A stretch of 64,000 bases of DNA from a virus. Positions 8,673 to 16,967 of the stretch are shown one piece after another (the stretch's first letter is position 1; each line of letters begins with the position of its first letter). Location: the IMG/VR virus record IMGVR_UViG_3300044655_002353, positions 1-64,000 of that record. One strand, 5' to 3'. Position numbers and translations under genes: made by a program. The notes under the pieces are model-generated. The model searched no databases. It saw nothing but the letters and a program-made list of their open reading frames with translations, and was not told the origin of the DNA.

Positions 8673-9032
8673 ATGATTACTGCAAGAGAAGCCGTTGAAC
8701 TTACCAAAGTTAGCAATACTGTTGTCAAAGAATTTCTTGACAAATTAGATACGAAAGTTAGGGAACATGCTACTAACGGTGGGCGAGTTTTGAACTTGAC
8801 CAAAGAGTTTCCTTCTAAATTTGAACCTAATATTGATGCTCGTGGTATGGTGATATTAACGCCATTTCAAGAAAAGATTAGAAGTGAAGTGAAAGCTATT
8901 GGATTTGGATTTCACGATCAATGCAAAAATCATTATGGTCAGCGGCGGGGCGGTCTCGGTGTTATTGTAGATGAAAATGATAACTTTATTGAAACACCAG
9001 TTACTGAATACTGGTTTGAATTACAATGGTGA
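8673..9032 (+). CDS. hypothetical protein
   Basis: GAGGGG RBS; MITAREA start. Confidence 0.65.
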   Translation: MITAREAVELTKVSNTVVKEFLDKLDTKVREHATNGGRVLNLTKEFPSKFEPNIDARGMVILTPFQEKIRSEVKAIGFGFHDQCKNHYGQRRGGLGVIVDENDNFIETPVTEYWFELQW

Positions 9033-9041
9033 GAAACTAAG

Positions 9042-9215
9042 ATGAAGAATAAAGCAGTTCAAGAAATGATGGCAATCCAACATAACGTAAATCCTAAAGA
9101 TGTTCGTGTGGAATTTACACATGCAGTCGGTTCGGAATACAATTTTGAAGTAACGATTTGGACTGAAGATTTATATCAAAAGTATGAAGTAACGGTTCAA
9201 TCAAAACCATTATAG
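9042..9215 (+). CDS. hypothetical protein (57 aa, not in ORF track)
   Basis: MKNKAVQEMM...SKPL-TAG read by hand. Confidence 0.5.
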   Translation: MKNKAVQEMMAIQHNVNPKDVRVEFTHAVGSEYNFEVTIWTEDLYQKYEVTVQSKPL

Positions 9216-9283
9216 CCTGTCTAGCGGATTCTAGACCCGTCGCTATGAACGATGTAGGAAGTGTTCGACTCACTTACAGACTG
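9214..9283 (+). tRNA. atypical tRNA-like gene, anticodon ATG
   Basis: AGCCTGT/ACAGACT acceptor (1 mismatch), CGTCG-CTATGAA-CGATG, AAGTG-TTCGACT-CACTT; positions 8-9 missing, no CCA. Confidence 0.55.
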
Positions 9284-9311
9284 AAAGTTTTAGAGATAGA
9301 GAGAATAGACG

Positions 9312-9668
9312 ATGAGTGGATTTCAACGAGGCACAGTTTCACATGAAGCAGAAAATACAGCTCGAGAAGCTGGCATAGTTCTGATACGGTTTAGAACTTA
9401 CTATTACTTCTGTAATACTGCAATTGCATTGTGCTTAAAGACAGGTCGTGTTATCCGAAATGACAACATTGAATGGGTTACAAAGCAATTAGCACAATAC
9501 CAATTGCCTGTAGTGTTTACGATTTGGTTTGAGTCAATGTATGATGTTGAACGATATGAACTATTGAAAGTCGAAGAACAAACTCGCTGTAGCTCAGTTG
9601 GAATAGAGCAGAGGGCTTCTATCCCTACGGTCGTGGGTTCAAATCCTACCAGCGAGGCCACCTTATAA
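9312..9668 (+). CDS. hypothetical protein reading through tRNA-Arg
   Basis: GAGAG before ATG; last ~27 codons are tRNA sequence. Confidence 0.4.
   Translation: MSGFQRGTVSHEAENTAREAGIVLIRFRTYYYFCNTAIALCLKTGRVIRNDNIEWVTKQLAQYQLPVVFTIWFESMYDVERYELLKVEEQTRCSSVGIEQRASIPTVVGSNPTSEATL
9583..9660 (+). tRNA. tRNA-Arg(TCT)
   Basis: CTCGCTG/CAGCGAG, CTTCTAT loop, GCCA. Confidence 0.92.
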
Positions 9669-9680
9669 AGTAGGAGTAAT

Positions 9681-9800
9681 ATGAAAGCATCGCGAAATGA
9701 ATGGGTAAGAGCTTTATTTGGAAACTTGTTTAGAGACTTAGCATTTGTCTTCGTTGGAATAATTGTTTTACTTGTAGTACTTTTAGTGATATAATAACTA
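9681..9800 (+). CDS. small membrane protein (39 aa)
   Basis: AGGAG RBS; hydrophobic C-terminus. Confidence 0.5.
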
Positions 9801-9806
9801 AATCAA

Positions 9807-9902
9807 GTCGAGAGAGTCCAGTGGTGCTGGTACGAATCAATAAGAGCATGATTGGGGATTCCATAAATGTCCGACGCAGTTTAAATCTGCATCTCGACTC
9901 CA
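9807..9902 (+). ncRNA. tRNA-like RNA with long variable arm and 9-nt anticodon-position loop
   Basis: GTCGAGA/TCTCGAC-TCCA, GCAG-TTTAAAT-CTGC T-arm, CCAG/CTGG D-arm. Confidence 0.6.
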
Positions 9903-9910
9903 AACATAAA

Positions 9911-9987
9911 GCCTGAATAGCTCAGTTGGGAGAGCGCCGTCCTTACAAGTCGGAGGTCACTTGGTTCGAACCCAGTTTCAGGTACCA
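9911..9987 (+). tRNA. tRNA-Val(TAC)
   Basis: cloverleaf, CTTACAA loop, ACCA; bulged T in T-stem. Confidence 0.85.
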
Positions 9988-10008
9988 AACATTGATAGAG
10001 GATTGTGA

Positions 10009-10437
10009 ATGAACCAATATCCACCTGCTCCAAAAGAAACTAAAGAAATGCTGACAGAAGCATTTGCTCAATTTGCTAAAGAAGTGTTTCAATGTGATTT
10101 GAATACTTTGGTCAAGGCTTACATGTCTTACGGACCGGATGGATTCAAGATTGCTAAAGAATTGGACAGTTATGGTTGGGACCTTACTATTGACGACGTC
10201 AATGAACTTGAAGAACTGCATTGGATTGCAGAATGTGCATTGACTAACGCAAGACAGAAGTGGGTAGAAGACAACAAGATTGAACCTCCATTTGAAGTAG
10301 GAACTGAATTGATTCATGGTGTCATTACTGGAATTTGCGAACATAGCCCAGCACGTTATTTGGTAAAGCGACCAACTGATGGGGATACATCAAGATTGTT
10401 GGTCAAATTTGAAGATGCAAAACTAAAACATGAATAG
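10009..10437 (+). CDS. hypothetical protein
   Basis: GAGGA RBS, 142 aa. Confidence 0.7.
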   Translation: MNQYPPAPKETKEMLTEAFAQFAKEVFQCDLNTLVKAYMSYGPDGFKIAKELDSYGWDLTIDDVNELEELHWIAECALTNARQKWVEDNKIEPPFEVGTELIHGVITGICEHSPARYLVKRPTDGDTSRLLVKFEDAKLKHE

Positions 10438-10684
10438 AGAACTCGGAGACAATAGAATGGAAAGTGAACATAAAATGTGGATATGGCTGGCTGGAATTGG
10501 GGCTACTATCGGATTATGTATAGCACTATTAGTTCAAGCTGGCGAAGCAATCAAAGTCAATGCTGGTTTGCAAGAATGCAAATACGCAGTAGTTGGTTCG
10601 GCTGGAATTGTAACTGCATGGTTGAAAGAATGTCCTACGAGTCAAATTGGTCCGATTGTAGTAGATAGTGAAAATGTGAAGTAG
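10430..10684 (+). CDS. membrane-anchored protein, paralog of 20611-20838
   Basis: TM segment then AGLQEC...W.K.CPT. Confidence 0.6.
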   Translation: MNRELGDNRMESEHKMWIWLAGIGATIGLCIALLVQAGEAIKVNAGLQECKYAVVGSAGIVTAWLKECPTSQIGPIVVDSENVK

Positions 10685-10740
10685 TTATCAAAAATAACCG
10701 TTTACATCTGCTAAAAATTGTTTATAATAGACACATATTC
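10675..10740 (+). promoter_or_regulatory. conserved early promoter with upstream 16-bp box
   Basis: TGTGAAGTAGTTATCA, TTTACA, TATAATAGACACATATTC. Confidence 0.75.
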
Positions 10741-10749
10741 AAAAAGAAG

Positions 10750-10919
10750 GAGTATTTGCGGGAGATACAGTTGGTGAACGATTCCAACTTATCGATAACA
10801 TTGGTAGATTTGGTGGTTCTTATCAGCTAAGTTATTCGGGATGTAATGTGGCCGCTTTCTATAGAAGCATAACCAAGCCACCATACTGGTGAAAACCCAG
10901 TATCTCCTTGCAAATACTC
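10750..10919 (+). ncRNA. putative ~170-nt structured RNA
   Basis: GAGTATTTGCGGGAGATAC pairs with GTATCTCCTTGCAAATACTC; internal hairpins; starts right after promoter. Confidence 0.55.
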
Positions 10920-10948
10920 TTTATAGCAAAAAAGTGGAACATAGAAAG

Positions 10949-11164
10949 ATGAGTAAGATTTGTGCTGAACGAGTAAAAGAAGTGAGTAAGAAGTATGGTG
11001 TTAGTTTGCCAACTGCTCATCAATACTTGAAGAAAGAACAAAAGCGAAATGAACTTTTAGAACGTATCAAACTTTCAACAGATATTACTGACTTGAAAGA
11101 AGTCTTATCAGAACTAGTTCGAGAAACATATCCGTCTTTTACTATTCAACGTGGAAATAACTAA
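10949..11164 (+). CDS. hypothetical protein
   Basis: ORF, ATG 10949 preferred. Confidence 0.5.
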   Translation: MSKICAERVKEVSKKYGVSLPTAHQYLKKEQKRNELLERIKLSTDITDLKEVLSELVRETYPSFTIQRGNN

Positions 11165-11165
11165 G

Positions 11166-11486
11166 ATGAGCGATAATAAAGTTTGGGCAATCATTGATGA
11201 TATCCGAGAACTCAATTGTGAATTGATTGCAAAGAATGCTCGTGATGGCATCAAAATGGTAATGGAAAATTTTGACCGAATTGAATGTCTTTGTCTTGAC
11301 CATGATTTAGGTGAAGCAATGAATGGCTATGATGTATTGTGTCATTTGATGTATAGAGGTTTTGTTCCAGACCATGTTCAATTAGTGACGTCAAATCCTG
11401 TTGGTCGAACTAATATGGCTCGAGTGTTGGAACATTATGGGTATGAAACGAAAGATGGTCGAAACTTTTACAAAGTAGAGAAATAA
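11166..11486 (+). CDS. cyclic-phosphate processing receiver (REC-like) domain protein
   Basis: IIDDIR...LDHDLG...GYDVL...TSNPVGR..M motifs. Confidence 0.8.
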   Translation: MSDNKVWAIIDDIRELNCELIAKNARDGIKMVMENFDRIECLCLDHDLGEAMNGYDVLCHLMYRGFVPDHVQLVTSNPVGRTNMARVLEHYGYETKDGRNFYKVEK

Positions 11487-11487
11487 G

Positions 11488-11820
11488 ATGAACTATCAAG
11501 AAGTCTTCCAATTGAAAACGATGGCTGATACACTACGGGAAGTGGAGCAAATCGAGAATAAGTTTCCGGTGACTCCCGAATTATTGGCATCTTTGGTTCA
11601 ATATTTCAAAGAAAATTTTGAATTTATGACACAGATTTATGCATCAAAACAGATGAAACTAGATATGTTTCAAGAACTAATGTTGCAGCCTTATTCTGAT
11701 GCTTGTTGTTGTATGGGTCCTCAAGGTAGTCATCCATACTGTAATTGCACAATGCGAGAACTTCGTTATATGTATCGTTATGATATAGCATTAGTTCTTT
11801 TGGAAGAAGGATTGATATAA
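11488..11820 (+). CDS. hypothetical protein with Cys cluster
   Basis: ACCCMGPQ..HPYCNC.M. Confidence 0.6.
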   Translation: MNYQEVFQLKTMADTLREVEQIENKFPVTPELLASLVQYFKENFEFMTQIYASKQMKLDMFQELMLQPYSDACCCMGPQGSHPYCNCTMRELRYMYRYDIALVLLEEGLI

Positions 11821-11821
11821 C

Positions 11822-12007
11822 ATGGGTGGAGTAAGACGTAAGAAAGAAGTAAGATATACAATTGAAGAACTTCAGTCAATGTTACAAACATTTGAAGATA
11901 CTCATGAAAGAAAAGGTAATGAACCACTTTTGCAATATGATGATGCAGCTATAATGCAACGTGATGGAGCTGAAGAGTTTTTGGATTGGGTAAAAGAACA
12001 ATCGTGA
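11822..12007 (+). CDS. hypothetical protein
   Basis: AGGA RBS; stop lies inside tRNA. Confidence 0.5.
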   Translation: MGGVRRKKEVRYTIEELQSMLQTFEDTHERKGNEPLLQYDDAAIMQRDGAEEFLDWVKEQS

Positions 12008-12078
12008 TGTAGCTCAGTCGGTAGAGCAAAGCATTCATAATGCTTGTGTCCTTGGTTCGAATCCAAGCTTCACGACCA
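12003..12078 (+). tRNA. tRNA-Met/Ile2(CAT)
   Basis: cloverleaf, TTCATAA loop, ACCA. Confidence 0.88.
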
Positions 12079-12107
12079 ATTAGAATAAGACTATAAATAA
12101 AAAATAT

Positions 12108-12182
12108 GCTCCTATAGTTTAACGGGAAAAACGGCGGCTTTGTAACCCGCGGTTCTCGGGTCAGTTCCGGGTGGGAGCTCCA
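12108..12182 (+). tRNA. tRNA-Thr(TGT)
   Basis: GCTCCTA/TGGGAGC-TCCA, TTTGTAA loop; atypical T-loop GTCAGTT. Confidence 0.75.
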
Positions 12183-12188
12183 ATTATT

Positions 12189-12264
12189 GCCTCGTTAGCT
12201 CAGTTGGTAGAGCAATTCACTAGTAATGAATAGGTCATCTGTTCGAATCAGATACGAGGCTCCA
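12189..12264 (+). tRNA. tRNA-Thr(AGT)
   Basis: perfect cloverleaf, ATTCA-CTAGTAA-TGAAT, TCCA. Confidence 0.92.
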
Positions 12265-12280
12265 TACTATAAGGTACTAA

Positions 12281-12772
12281 ATGTTTTGGCCATTTTGTAA
12301 GAAGAAGGAAGAACAAGTTCGCGTTCTTTATCCATATAAGCTATCAGGTTCTGCATGGGTAATGAATGACAAAGACGGCAAGGAAATTGAAGGTTATGAC
12401 ATTTGGGTATTTGATGACAAAGAAACTGGGCTCAAATGGGAAGCCTTTATTTCCGGTACTGATGAAGCAATTGATTTCTTAGTCAGAGACATTCCCTCTG
12501 CTAAGAATGGGTTCAAGATGTCATTTAGTGATAAGCCTTTCAAAGGTCACCAATTGATTGGTGATTGGGTTAAAGAGGGATTAGACTATAGCGGAAATAT
12601 CCATGGCAACTGGTATCGTTGGCATGTTCCTGGACATTGGACTCCAGGTATTAGTGGTTGGTTATGTCCTGCTCTATTTTTGTACTTCAGTAAAGCTCCA
12701 GAAAAGTTATACTTGAAGGCAGAAGCAATAGATGCAGATGAAGCAATGTTAAGAACTATGGTAAAATGGTAA
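12281..12772 (+). CDS. DUF6717-like protein
   Basis: WVFDD...EAF..G.D..ID...FS..PF...GNWY...GWLCPAL..YF..APE.LY. Confidence 0.65.
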   Translation: MFWPFCKKKEEQVRVLYPYKLSGSAWVMNDKDGKEIEGYDIWVFDDKETGLKWEAFISGTDEAIDFLVRDIPSAKNGFKMSFSDKPFKGHQLIGDWVKEGLDYSGNIHGNWYRWHVPGHWTPGISGWLCPALFLYFSKAPEKLYLKAEAIDADEAMLRTMVKW

Positions 12773-12778
12773 GAATTT

Positions 12779-12855
12779 GTCGAAGTAGCAAAATTGGTAA
12801 GTGCATCAGTCTGCAAAACTGAATACTACGAGTTCAAGTCTCGTCTTCGACTCCA
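12779..12855 (+). tRNA. tRNA-Cys(GCA)
   Basis: cloverleaf, CTGCAAA loop, U73-CCA. Confidence 0.92.
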
Positions 12856-12873
12856 CTTGAAAGGAGAGAGTAA

Positions 12874-13023
12874 ATGAAGAAAATAAATAACATAGTAGCG
12901 AAGTATTGTTGTCGCTTCAATCGTGCTAAAGTTGAAGAAGATAAATCCAAGCAATACAAACGTAAAGAAAAACACTGTAAAAAATTTATTGACTATTCTT
13001 ATGCATTTTTAATACTTGCATAA
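12874..13023 (+). CDS. ArfA-like basic peptide (49 aa, not in ORF track)
   Basis: AAGGAG RBS; MKKINNIVAKYCCRFNRAKVEEDKSKQYKRKEKHCKKFIDYSYAFLILA. Confidence 0.55.
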   Translation: MKKINNIVAKYCCRFNRAKVEEDKSKQYKRKEKHCKKFIDYSYAFLILA

Positions 13024-13038
13024 GAATAGTCAATAAAT
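12984..13038. repeat. perfect 22-bp inverted repeat
   Basis: ATTTATTGACTATTCTTATGCA / TGCATAAGAATAGTCAATAAAT with 11-nt loop. Confidence 0.95.
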
Positions 13039-13073
13039 ACTAAATTATATCAACACAATAGGAAAGATACACA

Positions 13074-13340
13074 ATGAAAAAAATTGCATTACTTTTTACC
13101 ATCTTCGCTCTAACTGGTTGCGCAACTAATGGTGACATTGAAAACTTACAAGGTCAAATCGATGCATTAGCTCCAAAAGTAGCTGCTGCTTCTAATTCAG
13201 CTTCTGAAGCTAAAGCTTTGGCTGCTCAAGCTTCTGCTCGTGCCGGTGCTGCTGAACAAGCTGCTAACCTTGCTGCTCAGTATGCAAAAGATACAAACGA
13301 AAAATTGGACAGATTGTTCAACAAAACTCAATACAAATAA
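13074..13340 (+). CDS. Lpp/OprI-family alanine-zipper lipoprotein
   Basis: LTGC lipobox, Ala heptads, TNEKLDRLF, C-terminal Lys. Confidence 0.85.
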   Translation: MKKIALLFTIFALTGCATNGDIENLQGQIDALAPKVAAASNSASEAKALAAQASARAGAAEQAANLAAQYAKDTNEKLDRLFNKTQYK

Positions 13341-13448
13341 AGCACACATACTATGAATCGACAGCAACAACAGATTATCGAAGAACTTACTGACGTATAA
13401 TACCTAATGTGTATAATGTGTCTCTAGGTTCTTCAAACAAGAACATTT

Positions 13449-13523
13449 AGGCACGTCGTACAACGGTTAGTACATCAGACTTTGACTCTGACAATGTTGG
13501 TTCGATTCCAGCCGTGCTTGCCA
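13449..13523 (+). tRNA. tRNA-Gln(TTG)
   Basis: cloverleaf, CTTTGAC loop, GCCA. Confidence 0.92.
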
Positions 13524-13740
13524 AATTCTGTAAAAAGAATGAATGATTCTCCATGAACATTAGGATGATTTTCATGGAGCGTTATTTGTAAAACCTGTAT
13601 GAAATAGTACTTGTAACAATAAGTGGAACTATTATACCTGATGATAAAGATACTCTTAGTGGAGTGTGATAGAACATACTTACGTTATGCGTTTATTTCA
13701 TATACTCCCTTTAGTATAACTCCTTATAAGGTATATTCAT

Positions 13741-15924
13741 ATGAAATCAAAAGCTATATTCCTGCTCGCGTCAGCAGTAGGACTCTTTAGTTTGCCGATT
13801 GTGTCTGAGGCAGTGTTGTTCATTCAACCAACTCCTCTAAATACTGCGGTCAAACCTCCAATGACCGTCACAATTGATGGTGTTTCACAGCTCAACGGTA
13901 TCACTTCAATTACCCGTAACAATGCTGCACTGGTTCAATTAGGTAAAGCATTATTCTGGGATACTGCGGTTGGTTCTGACGGTATGGCTTGTGCTTCTTG
14001 TCACTTTGCAGCAGGTGCTGATAGTCGTACAATCAATCAAATCAATCCAGGTTTCAATCATAACAACCATACTTATGATGCTCTTCCTGGTGGAACTGTT
14101 GGTCCTAATGCTCAACTGAAAGTTAGCGATTTTCCTCTTTGGGTATTTGGTGCTCCAAATGATCCTGCCAATCCAACTAAGTTATCTGCTACTGTAGTTG
14201 ATGATGTTATCAGTTCTGCTGGTACTTTGAACGGAACTTTTGTTGGAAATGATCCACTTTTAGATGGCGATACTTGTACATCAAGAATTCTTGATGAAGC
14301 ATCTGTGAATGGTATCAACGTTCGTCGTGTAGAACCTCGTAATACTCCATCTTCAATCAATGCTACATTCTATGTCAGAAACTTCTGGGATGGTCGTGCA
14401 AACAAAGTCTTCAATGGAGCAAATCCATTTGGACTACGTGACCAAAACTCTAAAGTATGGATGACTCCAGTTGGTGGTGTTCCAACACAAGTCAAACTCG
14501 TTATTGATAATGCATCACTTGCTTCTCAAGCAGTTGGTCCTGTATTATCTGACTTGGAAATGAGCTGTGCAGGTAGAACCTTTACGACTGTTGGTACTAA
14601 GCTTGTTGGTAGAAAGATTTTGAATACCCAAACAATTAGTGCTACTGATAGTGTTTTATCAACTTTCAGAACTAACAAACCATTATACAGAACTCTTATT
14701 CAAAGAGCTTTCCAACCAGTATTCTGGACAGGTGTCAATCCATCAAACATTCCACTTGATGAAGCCAACTTTCCATTGTTCTTCGGTTTAGCAGTTCAAG
14801 CTTATGAAGATACCTTACGTTCTGGTAATTCTCCATATGATAACTTACTACGTGTAAGACAACCTATTACTGTTGCTGGTAATCCCGTTCCAGTGGGAAC
14901 TGCTCCTCAGCTAATTCGTCGTCCTAATGGAACATTCATTGGTATGAACAGAAGTCAATCACGTGGTTTCGATTTGTTCATGGGAGCAGTTAGTCCATTG
15001 AATCCGCAAGTTGGTGTTGACCCTGTAACTCTTGCTCCTATTCCACAAAAGAATGGTGCTTGTATCTTCTGTCATAATGGTCCTGAGTTCTCATCAGCTA
15101 CATTTACTGCATTAGCTCCTGCTCCAATTGGTGTCAATATAACTGACCCGAATGCAGTTCCAAATGGCTTTATGGTTGAACCAATGCCGTTCTTACCAGG
15201 TGCAGTTGTTGCAGAAGCGGTTGTTCCAGTGTTTGACCCAGCTTTACAATTTGGTTCTTATGACTTAGGGTTCTATGATATTGGTGTGACTCCAATTGCA
15301 TTTGACCGTGGTCTTGGTGGTAATGATCCTTGGGGAAATCCTCTTGCATTTTCACAACAATGGCAAAATGCTTTTGGTTTAGCTTCATGCCCAACTGACT
15401 TAGTGACTCCTGCGAATGGTGGTGCTTGTGCTCCTCCAAATACAGTTGATGTATTCAATGTTGCTACTAACTTTGTTGATGTCAATGGTGTTCCACTTGT
15501 TATGACTCCAGCTTTATCACCTGCTAGAACTGATGGTTCATTCAAAACTCCATCATTACGTAATGTTAGTTTGACTGCTCCATACTTCCATAATGGTTCT
15601 GCTAAGAATTTGAACGAAGTGATGATGTTATATAACAATGGTGGTTTGTTCAACAATCCAAACTTACATCCTGAAATCAAGGTGCTTGGATTTGATGCAA
15701 CTGACTTTACTGACATCACGAACTTTATGTTGATGCTAACTGATAATCGTGTTGCTCGTGAAGCTGCTCCGTTTGACCATCCTTCGTTGACTATTCCTAA
15801 TGGTCATACTATAACAGCTAAACCAAATACCAATGATGCAGTGGATAACTTCTTAGTTCTTCCTGCAACTGGACGTAATGGACGTGCTGCTCCGGCTACC
15901 TTTGAAACCAAGTTAGCTCCATAA
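13741..15924 (+). CDS. secreted di-heme cytochrome c peroxidase (bCcP/MauG superfamily, large type)
   Basis: signal peptide; [48 protein letters not shown]. Confidence 0.93.
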   Translation: MKSKAIFLLASAVGLFSLPIVSEAVLFIQPTPLNTAVKPPMTVTIDGVSQLNGITSITRNNAALVQLGKALFWDTAVGSDGMACASCHFAAGADSRTINQINPGFNHNNHTYDALPGGTVGPNAQLKVSDFPLWVFGAPNDPANPTKLSATVVDDVISSAGTLNGTFVGNDPLLDGDTCTSRILDEASVNGINVRRVEPRNTPSSINATFYVRNFWDGRANKVFNGANPFGLRDQNSKVWMTPVGGVPTQVKLVIDNASLASQAVGPVLSDLEMSCAGRTFTTVGTKLVGRKILNTQTISATDSVLSTFRTNKPLYRTLIQRAFQPVFWTGVNPSNIPLDEANFPLFFGLAVQAYEDTLRSGNSPYDNLLRVRQPITVAGNPVPVGTAPQLIRRPNGTFIGMNRSQSRGFDLFMGAVSPLNPQVGVDPVTLAPIPQKNGACIFCHNGPEFSSATFTALAPAPIGVNITDPNAVPNGFMVEPMPFLPGAVVAEAVVPVFDPALQFGSYDLGFYDIGVTPIAFDRGLGGNDPWGNPLAFSQQWQNAFGLASCPTDLVTPANGGACAPPNTVDVFNVATNFVDVNGVPLVMTPALSPARTDGSFKTPSLRNVSLTAPYFHNGSAKNLNEVMMLYNNGGLFNNPNLHPEIKVLGFDATDFTDITNFMLMLTDNRVAREAAPFDHPSLTIPNGHTITAKPNTNDAVDNFLVLPATGRNGRAAPATFETKLAP

Positions 15925-15946
15925 CAAGTAAGTCCTTGTGAAAATG

Positions 15947-15982
15947 AAAAGGGGGAAGAATGTAAAAGTTCTTCCCTTTTTT
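15947..15982 (+). terminator. intrinsic terminator
   Basis: GGGAAGAA/TTCTTCCC stem plus T tract. Confidence 0.75.
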
Positions 15983-16007
15983 GTTATCTGGTTAACACTT
16001 TCAACCG

Positions 16008-16057
16008 TTTACATCTACTTTGGATGTTGTATAATAGACCCATATTCAAACAAACGT
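16008..16057 (+). promoter_or_regulatory. early promoter, copy 1 of exact 50-bp repeat
   Basis: TTTACATCTACTTTGGATGTTGTATAATAGACCCATATTCAAACAAACGT. Confidence 0.85.
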
Positions 16058-16068
16058 GGAGAACTACA

Positions 16069-16371
16069 ATGGCTGCCTCTAAATCATATGAATACGAAAT
16101 TGAATACATTCAATTTTTGGTAAAAACTGAAGAAGTTCCATCTGACGCAGTTGAAACCACAACTTCTTGGATCGGCGGCAGTGTAAAAACTGACGACCCA
16201 AATAACATTCTCGAATATGTAAAAGGTCAGCTTGCTGAAATTGAAGAACCTGTCAAAAACTATGTTGCATTCAAAGTATGGCAAAACTTTGGCAAATGCG
16301 CATTGATTATCGAGCAAGATATTTCTGAACACCCAGTTCATGTTGGCACTCCAATTTATGTTGGAGCATAA
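16069..16371 (+). CDS. hypothetical protein
   Basis: GGAG RBS after promoter. Confidence 0.65.
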   Translation: MAASKSYEYEIEYIQFLVKTEEVPSDAVETTTSWIGGSVKTDDPNNILEYVKGQLAEIEEPVKNYVAFKVWQNFGKCALIIEQDISEHPVHVGTPIYVGA

Positions 16372-16372
16372 C

Positions 16373-16936
16373 ATGATCGGAAAAACAAAACTTGAGCTTT
16401 TTGCAGAAGCTCAAATCTTACTAAAAGATTTTCTGATTTTGAATCCGCAAATACCAACACCTACTATAAAAGTTGTTGATACGCTGCCTGCACACGGACA
16501 AGCAACAAAAAGAACTATCAAAATCAATATCAAAAAATGTGCTGTTGCTACAAAAACACCAGGCTTCAAATGGTCATATCCCGGCTATAAAGCTGACCTT
16601 ACTCCTATTGGAGTTTTGTGTCATGAGCTTGGGCATATCATACATTTCAACATACAACGTGATTATGATAAGTATGTACCAAAAGTTCGCAAAAAGGAAT
16701 CAAAGGTATCTTCATATGAGCCTAACATTTGGGAAACAATTGCTGAATCTACAAAGCTATTCATTTCAAATCCCAACCTATTGAAAGTTGGGCGGCCGTA
16801 CAGATTTGAAATGCTAACCGAATTTATTGGGGTACAACCAGTTCATGATACTGATTGGCATGAAGCATTTGTAAATGCTAATCCTAAGTTTATTGCCGCT
16901 GCAGAAAAATGGATTGCAAATAAAGGTAAAATTTGA
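16373..16936 (+). CDS. putative zinc metallopeptidase
   Basis: LCHELGH (HExxH) and downstream E..AE. Confidence 0.6.
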   Translation: MIGKTKLELFAEAQILLKDFLILNPQIPTPTIKVVDTLPAHGQATKRTIKINIKKCAVATKTPGFKWSYPGYKADLTPIGVLCHELGHIIHFNIQRDYDKYVPKVRKKESKVSSYEPNIWETIAESTKLFISNPNLLKVGRPYRFEMLTEFIGVQPVHDTDWHEAFVNANPKFIAAAEKWIANKGKI

Positions 16937-16967
16937 TAACTAGTTATCATTTTTGATGTTGGGTCTA

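Noticed and set aside
10750-10919. tmRNA
   Set aside because: Too short, no G3-U70 alanine identity, no CCA, no tag reading frame
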